DNA of 50,413 nt from Hyphochytrium catenoides (Eukaryota; Protista; Hyphochytriomycota), in NCBI GenBank assembly GCA_900088475.1, contig FLMG01001604.1:1-50413 (forward strand). The letters are read 5' to 3'. The translations under genes were made by a program, and so were the position numbers. The stretch's first letter is position 1; each line of letters starts with the position of its first letter. The notes beneath the pieces were generated by a model. It did not search any database and was not told where the DNA came from. It saw only the letters and a list, made by a program, of their open reading frames with translations. Below, piece after piece: positions 23,721-37,303 of the stretch.

Positions 23721-26700
23721 TTAGCTCTTGGTGCCAGGCTTTGTGATAAAGACGCCCTTGCCAAAGTATTCTGCGATCGTCTGAAAACCGTCCGCAGATG
23801 TCTCAAGCTGTAGCCATCAGGGGACAAACGGGACGATACGTGGAAAGAGAACAAAGTCAGATCTTTCTCTAATAGTCCCTCTTTCTCCGGTACTCTTTTC
23901 TCTCGACTCCGCAGCACCTTCCTTCTGTCCCAGCCCTGCCTACCTGCTGGAAGAACTGTTCATGATTGTTTGCCTTTTGCTCCAGGCTCTTTTTTAGCTC
24001 TATCACATGCCTATGATCCGGAGCGCACTGCACGCATTCTCTCTCCACCTCAGGAAGGCAAGAGTAATGATAGGAATGTCCGCAGTAAAAATGTATGGCT
24101 GGAAGATCCAGATCGCGATTGCAAAGATCGCACTTGGTGCTCTTCACGGGCAAACAGAGACGGAGAAAGTGAGAGAGTGAATAGAAGTGTATGAGTGACC
24201 TTAAAGGGTTGTTTGATGAGCGATCTAGAGGGAGGAAGAGAGACAAAGAAAGAGAAAGAGAGAAAAAGAGAGAGATGGCGTGTCGAAACAGCAAAAGGAT
24301 GGGGGCTGCCTCCACTTGACCTCATTCTCAAAGCTTAGGGATTCAGAAGACGAGGAATGCCCCAATTATCTCTCTCTCCACTGCTAACAACCCATCTCTT
24401 TCCTTTCCATATTTCTTGCTTCTCTCCCATATGTAAGGATGGACTCCGTTTGTCAAAGGACAACGTTCCCATCAAGGAGGAGAGGCAGTTGTTACCTGGA
24501 AGACGATAGCCTTGCTTTGGAGATCTTTAATCTCTCTTCTCATCTTCTCCGTGTCATTCGTCAGCTGCTCAATCTCTCTCCGATCCGTTGCTAAGAGCTC
24601 TTCTTCGTGGGACAGCCTCGCCATAACATATTCTTGCACAAGAGAGAGAGGAACTTCTCGTGCCTGAGAGAGGACCTGGATTACCTGATTAAAGGTTGAG
24701 AGTTAGCGAAGAAGGCCTGCAAGCAAGAACCACAATGGGCCGACAGGGATAGACAACCGACAAAAGAAAGGCCGCCTGAGTCTACATCATGCAATCATAG
24801 ATATAACTCTCGACTCGGAGGAAGTGACTACCTGGAGAGGAGGCAGGATATCCTTTTGGCTGATATACTGGAGCGCCTCTCTAATCTCCTCGAAGTGCTT
24901 TCCGCCCTCTCTTCTTTGATGAGAAGCGAAATGAGTTAGTATGAGGACCCATAAACTCGGATCTTTTCCTCCTTGCTTCTTGGCTTCTTCAATGGCTGCA
25001 TGGCTGTTCCCTGTCTCTAGGTAGTATTGGACCACCATGTGGTACATCGAGAGCTTGGAATAGAGGTAGAGCTGACCACGCTTGAAATCTGTCATCTAAC
25101 TCGCGGTTCGGAAGAGTAGGCCACGCAGCACGCAGATATATGTCAGTGCCAATGTAGAGAGAAGGCACAATGGAGGGAAACAGCCTAAGAGTCTGCAAGT
25201 AGTAGGGAATAGTTATTTGATCTCATGCATGGTCCGACAGCAAGTAGGTGAACAGCAACGAAGGGAGCAGGGAGAGATAGATGACTGCGATACAAGGACA
25301 TCTTCTTTGCTAACCGTCACGAGCCCTAAGGCGTGGTCTGCATTGTAAGCGGCATTGGGGCTGTCGAGAAGGTTCATGACAGCGTCTTCTGCCTCTTTCC
25401 TTGTTTTCTTCACCTCATCCTCTGGCACTCCTTCAACAAAAAAGGTGTGTCTCCAAGCAAGGAGAAGGATTTCCAAGAGAGTGTTGCCAACGTTCTCTGA
25501 AGCCCGTGTGTCCTAAGTAGCATAATTGCCAGAAGAGAGAGAGAGTATCCAAGGTCATGTGTCTGCTCTTTGAAGGAAACCCTTAACCTGCAACAACCAC
25601 CATCCCTTCAGGGACTTCCTAAGCTCGTACTCTTATCTACACTTCTAATTCAGAGCTTAAGCTTGCGAGCCACCGATTTCCGTCGACGGGCCCTCGAGCA
25701 TCCACGTAAGAATGTCCTCTACAGCCCGGGTTCCCTCCGACCGCAGTCTTGCTCCATGCATTTCCCTAGTCTACAGCTCTGGGCAACCCTCTCACTACCC
25801 CACGTCGATTCCGTGGCCATATTTTCAGTTAGAGTACTCTTACCTCTTGAATGTAGTACTCCAGGAACTGCCTTAGGAAGTCCGGATGGTCAACGTACAT
25901 GTTGATGAAGTCCTCAGCTAATGGTTTGGTGGGCTGCTGGGCAGGAAGCAGCTGCTTGGTGTCTAGATCTCTAGGCTGATACTTTCCCGTGCAGAGCTTC
26001 TTCAGGAGCTCCGTTGTCTCTTCGGGCAGGTGTGTGATAAGAGTCTTTCCATACATTTTCATGTACCTTTTGGAGAGGCCCACGGTCAAGAGGAAAGTAA
26101 GTAGAAGCAACATGAGGAAGGAGGGGAAAGAGTGAGATACATCTCTTTGGGCCTAAACTTGAGGCTGTACCGTTCACTTCGGAGCTAGTCAGCACTGGCA
26201 TACATTGTCTCTCACCACTCTTTCTGTTGCAGCTCAATACTCCGCCTCCATTGCTCTCGAACCCGCCTTTTCTGGTCTAAATGGCTCTTGATTACATGTG
26301 CACTTACTTTTCTACCTCAGTTGAAGGGAGAGATTGAATGTACTCTAGTGCATCAGCTACACGTTTACGGTCATCGGCTGAGAGGGCACCTTCATGAGCG
26401 TTCAGAGCCAGGTCTTCTAGCTCGATTTTCAAGTACCAGCTATAGGATGAAAGAGAGTGAGACCCTTAAGTGGTGGGATATCCAGAATACGCAGAGGCCT
26501 CCCTTTGTCCCTTCTCCCCACTTATGTTAAGCCTGCCCCCGATAGGACAAGTAAACCCCTTATCAAGGTGCCAAATATAACTCTGGCAGATCTATCTGCC
26601 CGTTTCTCTCACCTGTGCTCAGAATGCTTCTTGGCTAGATAGAGAGCATGCTGAGGGAAGCTCCCCTTTAACACGCTGATCGCTGTCTCTACATCAAACT

Positions 26701-29700
26701 TAGCTTCTTTACTTCCTCCATCTCCGAACAAAGGGGAGGACGAAGGCTTAGTCTTCTTCGCTATTGAACCGTCTATAGGGCAAAAGGGAGAGTTGTTTCA
26801 AGAAGACGAGAGATATTCTGGTGAGCGAATAATACGGAATGAGATTCCCATCCACTGGGATCAAACAATATAGTGGCCTTCTCTATGACTCTTTTGAGGT
26901 CAATCAGCTCCTACCAGTCAGTAATCTATTCACTCTCATTAAATATGGCCGTTACCTGATTCAACACCGGTGACAGAGGCGGTAGCAGGGTCGTCTCCGT
27001 GCCCCAAACCAATAAAGCTGTTCAGCTTACGAACGTCCTTGAGCTTGGTGTAGCAGTTCAGGAGAAGGGTGGTGTGGTCTGAGTTTGCCAGGTCCTGAGC
27101 ATTAAAGCAAGAGAGATGAGGGTGGATGAGTCAACACGAAGAGTTACCTGATCAGAAGCACAGAGATACAATTCTCAAAGTCAAATTGTACTTCGTTTTG
27201 GCTTCCAAGCATACAGCCGCAGACCGAATGGACGCAAAGTGTACGCAGCCAGAGTTGTCTCAATAGCCCTCTTCAAATTTGACGTTCGAAGCCGGAAGAT
27301 GGCTATTTTAGACGTCCCTTCGCTCGCCAAGCGCTTTGGCTCGCTGTCACTATCCCATCTCCGTACCTTGTCATGAAGTGCCTCCAGATAAGTGGTTAGG
27401 TTCTGGATACGCTGCGCACCTAAGAATCTTCTGATGACATAGGAAGGCTCCACATGCCCAATCGTCCGCATGTACTGGTTGATGGCCCCATCGTAATCCC
27501 CTTTCTGATACAGGTGGTCGCCGTACATTCGGAAAATGTCCATGATATTGGCGGCGTCGAGTTTGGCACTGCAAACGGCGGAAAGGGACAATAATAGTAG
27601 GAGACAGAGGAAGATGAGAAAAAGCAGCAACAGTGATTCGTGAGTAACTGTGATGAGGGCGGCGATATAGGGACATGGAGTCGGCCTTACTATGGGGTGG
27701 GAGTACGACGAAGGACCAAGGGTGATGGCTATGGCACAATCAAGGAAACAGAAGGAGAGCTATGGTGGAAGAGAACAAGGAGGTTGTGATTACCTATAGG
27801 CTAGTGGGATGGCAATAGAATAGAGGTTTTTTCTGTACAGCATCTCCAGCTTGGACTGGGTGTCCTTCTCTGTCAGCCTGTATACCTGGCGACCACAGCA
27901 TAACCAAGAAAAGGACTAATTAGCTAGATATTTTCCAACCTGACGAATTGGAAACAGGATCGGGTGGAGGTGAAGCGGAGTGATGCAGAAGGTAAACTGC
28001 CAAAACTGCAACCATGGGATGGACTTTCATATGGAAGAGCGATGGTTAGGTTTGGCAATCGAAAGCAGCAACTGGTGGTCGGGTGGTTAAGGAGAGGAGG
28101 AGGTCTCAAAGGCCTGTCATAGTCACCAAGAGCACACAGAAAAGTCTAAATGGTTGATGGGGAGTGAAGTGGCTCAATTCCGTCTCTCTCTCTCTGCCTC
28201 TCAAATCCGGAGACGGTACCTGGCCAAAAGAGGTGATAACAAAGATTGAACCCCATTCGCTAGTGATGTGCCGGGCTTTCTCCATGTCATCCGCCAACCC
28301 CGATATCCTGCTGCTGCCCACTAGTGTGAAGTTAAAGGCGGAGAACTTGTTCTGCAGGTCATACACTGTCACAACGTGGCGCTCGCGTGGATCCAAATGA
28401 ACCACCTAAGGTTTGGAGAAGTAGGAATTAGCAACGGGAATGAGGCGGACTGGCGACGGGGCTTCGCCAAGCAACACGAGAGTACAGTACCGATATCACA
28501 AAGTCATAGGAGGAGAAGAAAGCAACCATGGCAACGTGACTTTAGATGGCTGGAGGACTCTCCATACTAGATAGAAGCCTTACCAAGAGATAGTGTTTGA
28601 AAAAATAAATGTAGCGCTTGACTCCGTCATAGGCATAGCAAGGCCCACGGTCATCAGGAGTGTAGAAGTACACAGCGTCTTCCTGCAAGAGCAAGTTCAG
28701 CACAACGTATCCATAGTAACAGCCTTTGCCCCTCTCAGTGTGCTTGTCGCTCCTAAGATGAACGATCCGCTCTTTGGGGCTATTTTGTGGACCTGGGTAG
28801 GTGTCTTCTCTTTCCTAAATGAGGAGAAGCTTACCTGTCCTACAGCCAGCTCTCCTTTTTCATTAACGCTAGCGCAACTCCTTTCTATGCCTCTCTCATC
28901 AAGAATCCTGGCTCTCCTGGACGGTCCAGCAGCACCCTGCTTCCCACTGGGCTCATCTTGACTGTGAGAAACCGGGGAACCATAAGAGATATGAGATGGC
29001 TACAGAGATGCAACTGGTCAAGACATTGAGAAGTAAAGAGCCAGCTACAGTTGCGGAAGTATACAGCATTCACCCTTGTCAAGAACAAGGTGAAGAAGGT
29101 AACATCCTGGGAGTAGAACCGAAGAAGAGAGGGATTACTAGAGCGGAAGAGTAACGCTGACTCGTGAGAAAAGCAAAGGGAAAGTGGTCACTCACACACA
29201 GCAGTACGAAGTAAGATTCTTCTCCGTGCCAACATATAAATAGACTTTCCCATCCTTATCCCTAGTGCTCTTGGAGCTGATGGAGGAGGCACTGAAGCCC
29301 ACAAAGGTGACTGGTGCTTGAGTCGAGGAATGTAGCAGGATAGGCGCTCTCTTCTCCTTGCCACCCTACGAGACAAGTGAGATAGTTCAGACGGCGCGTT
29401 TCCAGACCAGTCATCTTTCATCAGTCATCTTCTGCCCTCTCTCATGGCTTTTCCTAGCAGCATGACATCTCTTGCTCTCATTCACTAGCCTGATATCTCT
29501 TGGGAGGTTATTGTAGTCGTTTCGCCTCTACGTCTCAGTTCTGATACGCATATTTTCATGCTGACAAGCCGTCAACCAAGCAGCACGCCAGGGAAGACGG
29601 CTAGAGAAGAGAGAAAAAATCCCTTACCTTGATGTTGCTCCTCCAGAGGATGACCTGACCATTCCTGAGCCCTATTGCCATCATGCTCATATCATCCATT

Positions 29701-31051
29701 ACATCAAAAGCCGTGACTGCTTCTTCGGGGAACTAAGGACAGAGTGCTATTATTAGCGTGGCCAGCAAGATCTCGCCAGCATCTGGTTGTTTCGTCGCCT
29801 TCCCATGTACGAAACCATGTCTGTGTTTCTAGTGGTCTCAGAGGCCTTTCTGAAGTGTTCTCCAAATTTCCTTGTTGCCTTTACATCGGACATAATCGTC
29901 CTTGCTTTCTGCTGAATCAGAGCTTTCCAGAGCATGACCTTGGACTGTGACAAGCTCGCTCCGTTGTCACTATTTTCAGGCGTCTAACCCATCCTCCTCC
30001 TCCACTGCTTCTTGTATGCATGTCCCTTTTTGCCTAGTGCCTCTTCTCTTTCCTTCTCTTTCGATTCCTACATAACAAGCCTCTCTGACCTTTGCAAAGA
30101 TCTTTATCTCCTGCATACAGATAGGGTTGCCATCTCTGTCTTGTCGGTCACTCCGCCAAACCTTTACAATAGCAGTCTCCCCCTCGCCAAAGCTCTGAAC
30201 CGAGTCCTAAAGGCAGAAGGAGGGGTTGATCACAAGAAGGAGTTAAGCATGAAGAGAAGGAACAACTTAGCTGACGAACGTCAACGCCCGGTAAGAAAAG
30301 GGAGAAGATAGAAGAGGAGATACCACGAGCTTTTCATAGAGCAACGTAACAAAGACAAATATGGCCGGGACTCAATAGAGAAAATCTCCGCCTCCCATGT
30401 GGCAGGAGGCTTCTTTTCTCCTGCATGTCGTTTTACCTCAGGGCGAGGAAGATTGCCCGCTAACCTCTTTCTCGCAGCTTCTGCCACAGTGGTTGTCTGG
30501 GATATCTCTGCTGGTGTTCGTGGGTCAATACCGTCGCCCACAGTCACAAAGACATTCCACCTACAGGTCAGTCAACTGCTTAACTTCTATCTAAGTCGTG
30601 CCTCAGGGACTACGCAGCAGGAGGGTAGCTAGAGAAGGACAAGAGTAGCGAGACTCAATTATGAGCAAAGCAGGACAGGAAGCAGAAAATGATGAGAGGC
30701 ATAGAAAAACAGAGAAGTACATGCCAACCTTTTGATCTGTTTGATGTAAGAGACAAACTTCGCATAGCCTTGGAATCGCTGGAGCTCTAAATCACGATCC
30801 ACAAGAGAGATGCCGCCCCGGTGGTCCCCAAAAATAAGCTTACCGCGGCCTCCATCAGCACAAGTGATCCCCAGAGCCTAAGCGTACGTGCAGCGGATCT
30901 CTCAGGCCAATGTATGGGCAGGCCAAACGACAATTGCAGATTTTGACGGTGTGGTCACGAACCATACCTGGAGCTCTGTGTTGATCTGGTTATTGGGTTC
31001 GTCTCTCAGAAGCTCCTTGTCAAAGAAGGCAAACCTCCTGAGCTGCGACAT
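23721..31051 (-). CDS. VPS11: Vacuolar protein sorting 11 (HOPS/CORVET core subunit), 20 exons
   Basis: Starts MSQLRRFAFFD, followed by a beta-propeller region. Conserved blocks: LTEKDTQSKLEMLYRKNLYSIAI, YGDHLYQKGDYDGAINQYMRTIGHVEPSYVIRRFL, DHTTLLLNCYTKLKD, FDVETAISVL. C-terminal RING-like KCDLC...LPAIHFYCGHSYH..C...C..C and the VPS11_C ending GFQTIAEYFGKG. All 19 introns are GT-AG and in phase. Confidence 0.95.
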
Positions 31052-31896
31052 ACTTCTTCACGCGCCAGGCTCCTGTGTGGCGTCTAAAGCAGCCACAGGT
31101 CTGCAGCTCTCTTCCCTGTTTGCCACTTCCCAGTCTCGAGGTCCCGATGAAGCTTCACCTCGAGGATCTGTAAGAAAGACTGTGGAAAGGCAGAAATTTA
31201 TTGGTCAAATGTCTGGAATGGGACCCAGATTTCAGCGACTTTTGGTAACTAAGTTAGCTATAATAGATCTCCCCCTTTCTCAAGCTGTTTGTTATCCCCT
31301 ATAAGTAAGTAAAGTACCAGTAAGCGATGAGCAACACGGTTATTATGGGTCACGATATTGGGGCCCACCCAGGTATGCATCAGAATGCATTTGGGATGAT
31401 CTTCCCATGCTGAAGATCGCAGGCTGAAGATCTCTACGAACAGCCCCGTTGGGGCTCCCGTTAGGGCTCCCGTTGGCTGATGTTAGCGCCCTCCGGGCGT
31501 ATCATCTCCGTCGGAGACGTAGACTGCACCAAGATTGCAAGAAATGGTCGTCTGCTACCGACTGTCAAGCTCCGCCGCCATGGATTAACCCGTTATGAGT
31601 GATGTTTAGGCCTATGGGAACTGCTCACCGCCGGGGAATGGTGTCCCCTACGTCTATGTATCTATAAAGAGGGAACAGCAATCAGGCTTACTCTGAATGT
31701 CCTTGAGGATGGAAACTTCCTCTCACCATTTACGAACTACAAGCCTTTGGCCTCTCTTTCAAGCTGACAGTAGAAGTAGTGACTCTTGGAAGAAAAAATT
31801 CATTCCTGCTTACTAGGACACGGCCCAGCCCAGCAATAACGTTAGACTACTGTCCGAGACGGATGACTCTGCTACGCTTACGCCTTTGCTAGAAGA

Positions 31897-33882
31897 TTAA
31901 TCCACAGCTAATAGTGCTGTTTCAATGTTTTCTTGGGAACCGATGGACTCCTCGAAAGTCCCTCTCTGCAGCCGCAACTGCGGATGTTCTTTCATCTGTG
32001 CAGTGTTCACCCCCAAGCTCTGACCTCGTTTCCCTTCCGTTGATACGATGTCGCTGTTGTCTGTCGTGTTGCTTGCATCCTCTTTGCTTCCAACGTTCTT
32101 TTCCTCTTCCTTGCTAAAAGATGATCTCCACCCTTCTAGCCGCTCCTTAAACAAGGTGATGACCCTTGAGTAGATAAGCTCATGCGCATCCTGAGCCCAT
32201 ACATAGTCTAGGTGATTGTACACGTCAGTTGTCACATCNNNNNNNNNNNNNNNNNNNNNNNNNNNNNNNNNNNNNNNNNNNNNNNCCATAGTGATAGATG
32301 TTGCCCAGAAACCCATAGTCATAGCGCTGAAATCGGTTAGATCGCACGGCTTGGCCCCAGTGTGCAATGTTCTTTACAGATGTCCCAGCTGGGGTCTCTG
32401 ACACGTAGACTTGTATCCTCGAGACATTAACATGATGAGAGACGCCGCAGATAAGGAAGAGAGCATCTTCACAGCCTTCAGGAGTTAGGCGGCAGAGTCC
32501 TGGTGCCACCGTCTAGAGGACAGACACATGAGGAGAGAGCACTTTTAGCTAACTGGAGGTTGAATGCTGTATAGCAGAAGTAACAAGAGCAATCGTCCAA
32601 GGTGCAGGAAGGCGAAGCTAGAAAACAGGCCAAAGAGACAAGAGAAGGAGAGCAGTGTTCCGGAAGAGTAGAGAAGTAAACAGTGGAGTCTGTTAGGCCT
32701 TCCTAGAAGCCCAGTCATTTCTGGCTGCCAGGACTATGCGTTTCGTTTAGAGCCAAAGTGCTTCTTGCATATGTACCTCGAGGACTGTTTTTGAAGGGAG
32801 AAACTGCCTGATTCCAAAGTAGTTAAAGACCGTTCCTCCGTAGAGCTTCGATGCCACGCCCAGGAGGAGCGACTCTTGATGACCTACGAATGCCACTGGA
32901 GCCAGTGCGACGAAGAGTTTGATGTGTTTGCCGATATCGTAGGTTGAGAAGCTCTGCAAGGCAGCAAAGCAGTCTAGGAGTCAGCACCGTCCCGAGCGGT
33001 TTATATTAAGGAGAAGGTAAGCAGACCAATCCAGAAAGAGGTTCATCTAGGGCAGCCGTAGATAGCAACTCTCTATGCCAAGGAAGACAGAGCTGAAATA
33101 AAAAGATGCGTACACTTCCGGACAGGAACAGGATGAGGGTTCTAGGCAAGGGGTTACAAGCCCAGGAGCTAGCGTCAGACCATAATCGCAGTTGTGATTG
33201 ACCGCGCGCTTAACTGCTGCCATCTTATCTTACCGCAAAGGCCTGAGTTGTCCCCTGGGAATGTCCAACATAGCCAACTTGTTCATAGCCCGTCTTTTGT
33301 ACGACATATCGCACTTGAGCGGGCAGGTCATATCGAGCCATATCGTCGAAGGTAAAATCCCAGAACTCTTTAGAGTCATTGGCGAAGGTAGTGTGCCGCT
33401 TAGACCACGTGTTCCCGCGATTATTACCCATCCTAGCGTTGCATGTGTTAGATAGAGCAGTGAACTACGTACACAGATGACTGCAGGATAGGTGAGACGT
33501 GCCATGCCAGCGCTTACCAGACGTCGAATCCTGCATCATGCAGGATAAAGGCTAATGACTGATTTTTGAAGTTATTCACCCAGGTATAGCTGCTATCCAA
33601 GAGGCCATGCTGGAGAAACAATGGTGGGTGACCAGGATTTGGTATGCGAAAGACTCCTAGAACGTAGCCATCGTCCGTTGTTACGGAGTGGAACTCTATA
33701 GGATAGCCGCGCTTCTTCACAATGGCAAACATATCCAGCCCTACATCAGGATCCACCGCAGCATCTCTCGCATGGCCGCAGTGAGATCCCCGAGCTGAGG
33801 CAAATGACGACCCCAGCACAAGAGGAAGGAGAAGTAGTAGCAGGACGGGAAGAAGATGAGCTCGGCGCATGGGTCCACTCAT
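31897..33882 (-). CDS. Secreted/lysosomal acid lipase (gastric lipase/LIPA family), interrupted by an assembly gap
   Basis: Signal peptide, then [69 protein letters not shown], nucleophile [26 protein letters not shown] and catalytic His in YNHLDYVW. The catalytic-Asp region falls in the N gap at 32239-32285. Confidence 0.92.
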
Positions 33883-35134
33883 CAGGACTCTCTCAGTCTC
33901 TTGGACCTTACTGAGGTTTGAAGAGTTAACCTAGTAGTTGGAGCCTAGATAACAGCCCGGCAGCTCTGTTGTTCTGGAGATGCCTGGCGTCAACAAAATC
34001 TTGTCTGGATCTGCCCACCGACGTTGATCCTTGCATCTTCCAGCTGGCCACAGCGTCTGCTCTCACCTCATTGTGTCAGTCCTGAGTTGCTTTGTCTTCT
34101 CGCTCTCTCTCTCTTCTCCTCTCGCTCAAGCCTGGCTTTGACATGGCCCAGCAGCGGGGACGACGCTGGCTGCTGTTGCAAGGGATGGATGTTGGACAGC
34201 GACTGTGCGTGGAGGATGTGACGTGGGATCTGGCCGTTAGCGACGTAGATCCTAAGAAATTTCTTGGCTGTCTTCAAGGATTCCTCCCGCCTAAATACGA
34301 CGTAACTGGGAGAGCGATTTATTGAATACCGTTAATATATATCTCTTACTTGGGCCAGGGGCAAACGTTCTTACAGCTAACATGATAGTCTCTGGCATAG
34401 CGACTATATAAGGACCTAGCTCTCTATTTTATAAGGGAGTATCTTGGAAGGCTTGTGATGGCCACGCAGGAGCAGCAGCTGAACAGCTGAACAGCGCGGA
34501 GCCCGATGATGATGAGCTGCATGATGCCGGAACTCCACCGTGCTGTCCGCAGTTCCCCTCTATTGGCGCTCTGCCTAGCATCTCTGTATCCTTCGGAGTG
34601 ACCGCGTGTAGAGAGGCAGACAGACAGCAGACAGGATGGGATTCTTTCTTTACATTGGCCTGCTCGTCGCTACGAACAAGGGCAACACATCATCCCTGAT
34701 TTGTAAAAGAGGTAGAAGCCGTTACCTTGTCATCATTATACCGAGCAGGTACCTTGTAGAGAAGGACAGGACAATTGACGTTGGTCGAAAATGTGAGCTT
34801 TGCGTGGAAGATAGGAACTGGGACAATCAGCAGCAGCAGCAGCTTCCAGTCTTGTTTTGATCAAATATCATACGCTGCTAGTGCAGATAGTAGACCGATG
34901 CCGCTGGTACAGATGTCAGGATGATAGCCTTTTTCACTCAGCGCAGCGTTTGGGCGATTAGTCCCAGCGTCCGTCCTTAGAACTTCATGTAGATACAGCG
35001 TTCACCAAAGCTCAAGAGAAATCCAATGATCTCTGCTTGACAATATCAGCACTGTTAACTTAGTTGTTTGTAGATGCATGGACAAGTCATATCATCCTGT
35101 TCTTCTGAATGGTGGGAAGATACTCCTGTCTCAC

Positions 35135-35428
35135 TGTTCATCTACTGCTGACTATTACTCTTGTCTTCATTCTCTTCTGTCCTGTCAGAGTCTGGCTCAC
35201 AGGCGAACTACTACTGCTGCAATGCCCCTATTACTAGACTTGCCCCTACACCTACCAAGGGCGTACATAGTTCTCGCAACTCTTACTTACTAAGATTGCA
35301 TCGCTGCCAGCCTTCCGTTGTCAGCAGTAGTCAGTCATTTGCCTTACAGCCAGCAGAGTAGACAGAGCTGAATAAGGCGCAGGGCAACAACTACTACTAC
35401 AGCACACTTAAATTCTCCTCCTTTGTCC
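35135..35428 (-). repeat. Candidate polypurine tract and 3' LTR of the copia element
   Basis: On the - strand, purine tract AAAGGAGGAGAA (~35424-35413) lies just after the RNase H region, followed by ~280 bp ending in ...TGAACA. No partner LTR is present in the window. Confidence 0.35.
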
Positions 35429-35429
35429 T

Positions 35430-36765
35430 GTGGCAGCTTTTTTCCAGCAATTGTGGTGCTCTCTGACCCCATGCCATCTTGTCCAAGGGGCGAGACTGCT
35501 GCTGCAGGTGCCAGGCCTAATCCATCCCGGTCCTTGATGAAGGCAGGGCGTGGCAGGGCCTTTGTGCGGGTGTCCATCACATACTCTGCTTCTGTGCTGG
35601 AGAGTGCCACCAAGCTTTGCTTCTTAGATTGCCAAATCACACAACCTCCTGCAGCGGTGAAGGGATATCCCATGGTGGAATTGCAGTCATCCACAGAGTT
35701 GCCCCCAGTCCGCATCTGCATAGCCGAAGACATGGAGGCTGTTGACGGCCTTGAATCGGTCACCTCCTCCAAAGACAATACCAAGGTCAGATGTCTATGT
35801 CTCCTTTAGGTAGCGTAGGACCCTCTTCGCTGCTTGCCAGTGGGCCTTCTGGGTTACTTACAAACCTGCCAAGCACCCCACTGCAAAGGCAATGTCCGGC
35901 CTTGTTGCCACCATCGCATACATTAAAGATCCCACAAGGCTCAGGTACATTGCTGCTAGACTAGATCCTTCTGAGTCGGCTGAGGCACAAGGTCCTTCAT
36001 GGCCGAGCTTGGCCTCCATGGGTGTATGCACGCCGTTGCAGTCAGTCATCCGATAGCGTTCGAGGATTCGCTGTATGTAGGCCCGATGGCCTACCCAGAT
36101 CTGTCTGGAGCTCCGGTCACGAACGATCTCCTTGCCAAGGAAGAAGCCAACTTCCCCAGATTGTTCATCTTGAACTCGGCATTCAATCCTCGTTCAAGCC
36201 TGTACACCTCTCCCTCGTAATGGCCGATGACCAGAAGATCATCAACATACACAATGACTAGTGTTAGATCATTGCCACTCCTGAGGTAGTACAAGCAGTC
36301 ATCCGCCTGGCTCTGGCAATACCCCTCAGAGATTGAAAAGCTAGATAGCCTTTCTTCCACACCCTAGGGGCCTGCTTCAGTCAATAGAGGGACTTTTTGA
36401 GCCCTGCACACCTTGCCTTCCTGTCCATGTGCAGCAGACCCTTCTGGCTGCAGCATGTACACCTCCTCCTCAAGGTGGCCATAGAGAAAGGCTGTCTTGA
36501 CATCCAGGTGGATGATGTCGAGATCCTGCACTGCAGCCATAGCTAGGGCTAGGCGCACCGTGGAGAGTTTGGCCACTGAAGCAAAGGTCTCGAAGTAGTC
36601 TACCCCGAAGACTTGGCAGAAGCCTTTGACTACCAGTCATGCCTTGTGTCTGGTGACTTTCCCGTCGGCGCCAGTCTTAATCTTATAGAGCCATTTGCAA
36701 GCGATTGGCTTGCGTCCAGCTGGCAGGTCAGTGAGCGGAGCATTGAAGCTCCTTCATAGACAAGC
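35430..36765 (-). mobile_element. 5'-truncated, degenerate Ty1/copia LTR retrotransposon (RT + RNase H)
   Basis: LTDLPAGRKPIACKWLYKIK...KA*LVVKGFCQVFGVDYFETFASVAKLSTVRL...HLDVKTAFLYGHLEEEVYMLQPEG; YVDD at 36249-36238; YLSLVGSLMYAMVATRPDIAFAVG; IWQSKKQSLVALSSTEAEY; TKALPR. Contains stops, frameshifts and deletions; gag and integrase are absent. Confidence 0.93.
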
Positions 36766-37303
36766 TCTGAGATATGCTGGATAATGAAGCCGCACTACCG
36801 TACAGTAGCCGAATCAAGCTTCTATATGGATTACTATTCCGAATCCTCACGTTGACCAGCGTTCAGAAGGAGGAACAATCTCTGTTGTGCAGTGTCCACT
36901 GCAAAGAAAAGCGCGATAATAAAAAGACAATGAGAATCGCCAGCCGGCGATGCGACATCAAACCTCAACGACAGAGCAAGGCGCTCTTCCTTCCTGATCT
37001 TTGGGACCTAAGAGAGACCGCATTGAGCCTTATTAGAGCCTAATGATAGAGGGATTAGCAGGAGGTTGGGCCAATATTATACTCTAGGGCCGAGGGTTTG
37101 AGCAAGAACGGAACATGGGCGTAAGGACGGAGGTTTGCGGTGAACCAGCCTTGGACTCTTTGCTTGGGGTCAGATCTCTAACGGATGCATGATGAGAGAG
37201 GGGACGGACTTTTGACATAAGGAGCTTGCTACGACCGTTAGCCTAGCCGGAACCCGAAAGACAGAGTCTGAGAGCGGGAGGGCAGCGCCAAGCAACTCAA
37301 AAG

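Noticed and set aside
23721-31051. Non-canonical splicing or an alternative genetic code
   Set aside because: All VPS11 and SPAG1 exons join with standard GT-AG and no in-frame stops; internal stops occur only in relics.
34636-35080. Possible second DNA-transposase fragment next to the copia LTR
   Set aside because: Only a vague IAFF(TD)SA-like resemblance that needs a frameshift; too weak to call.
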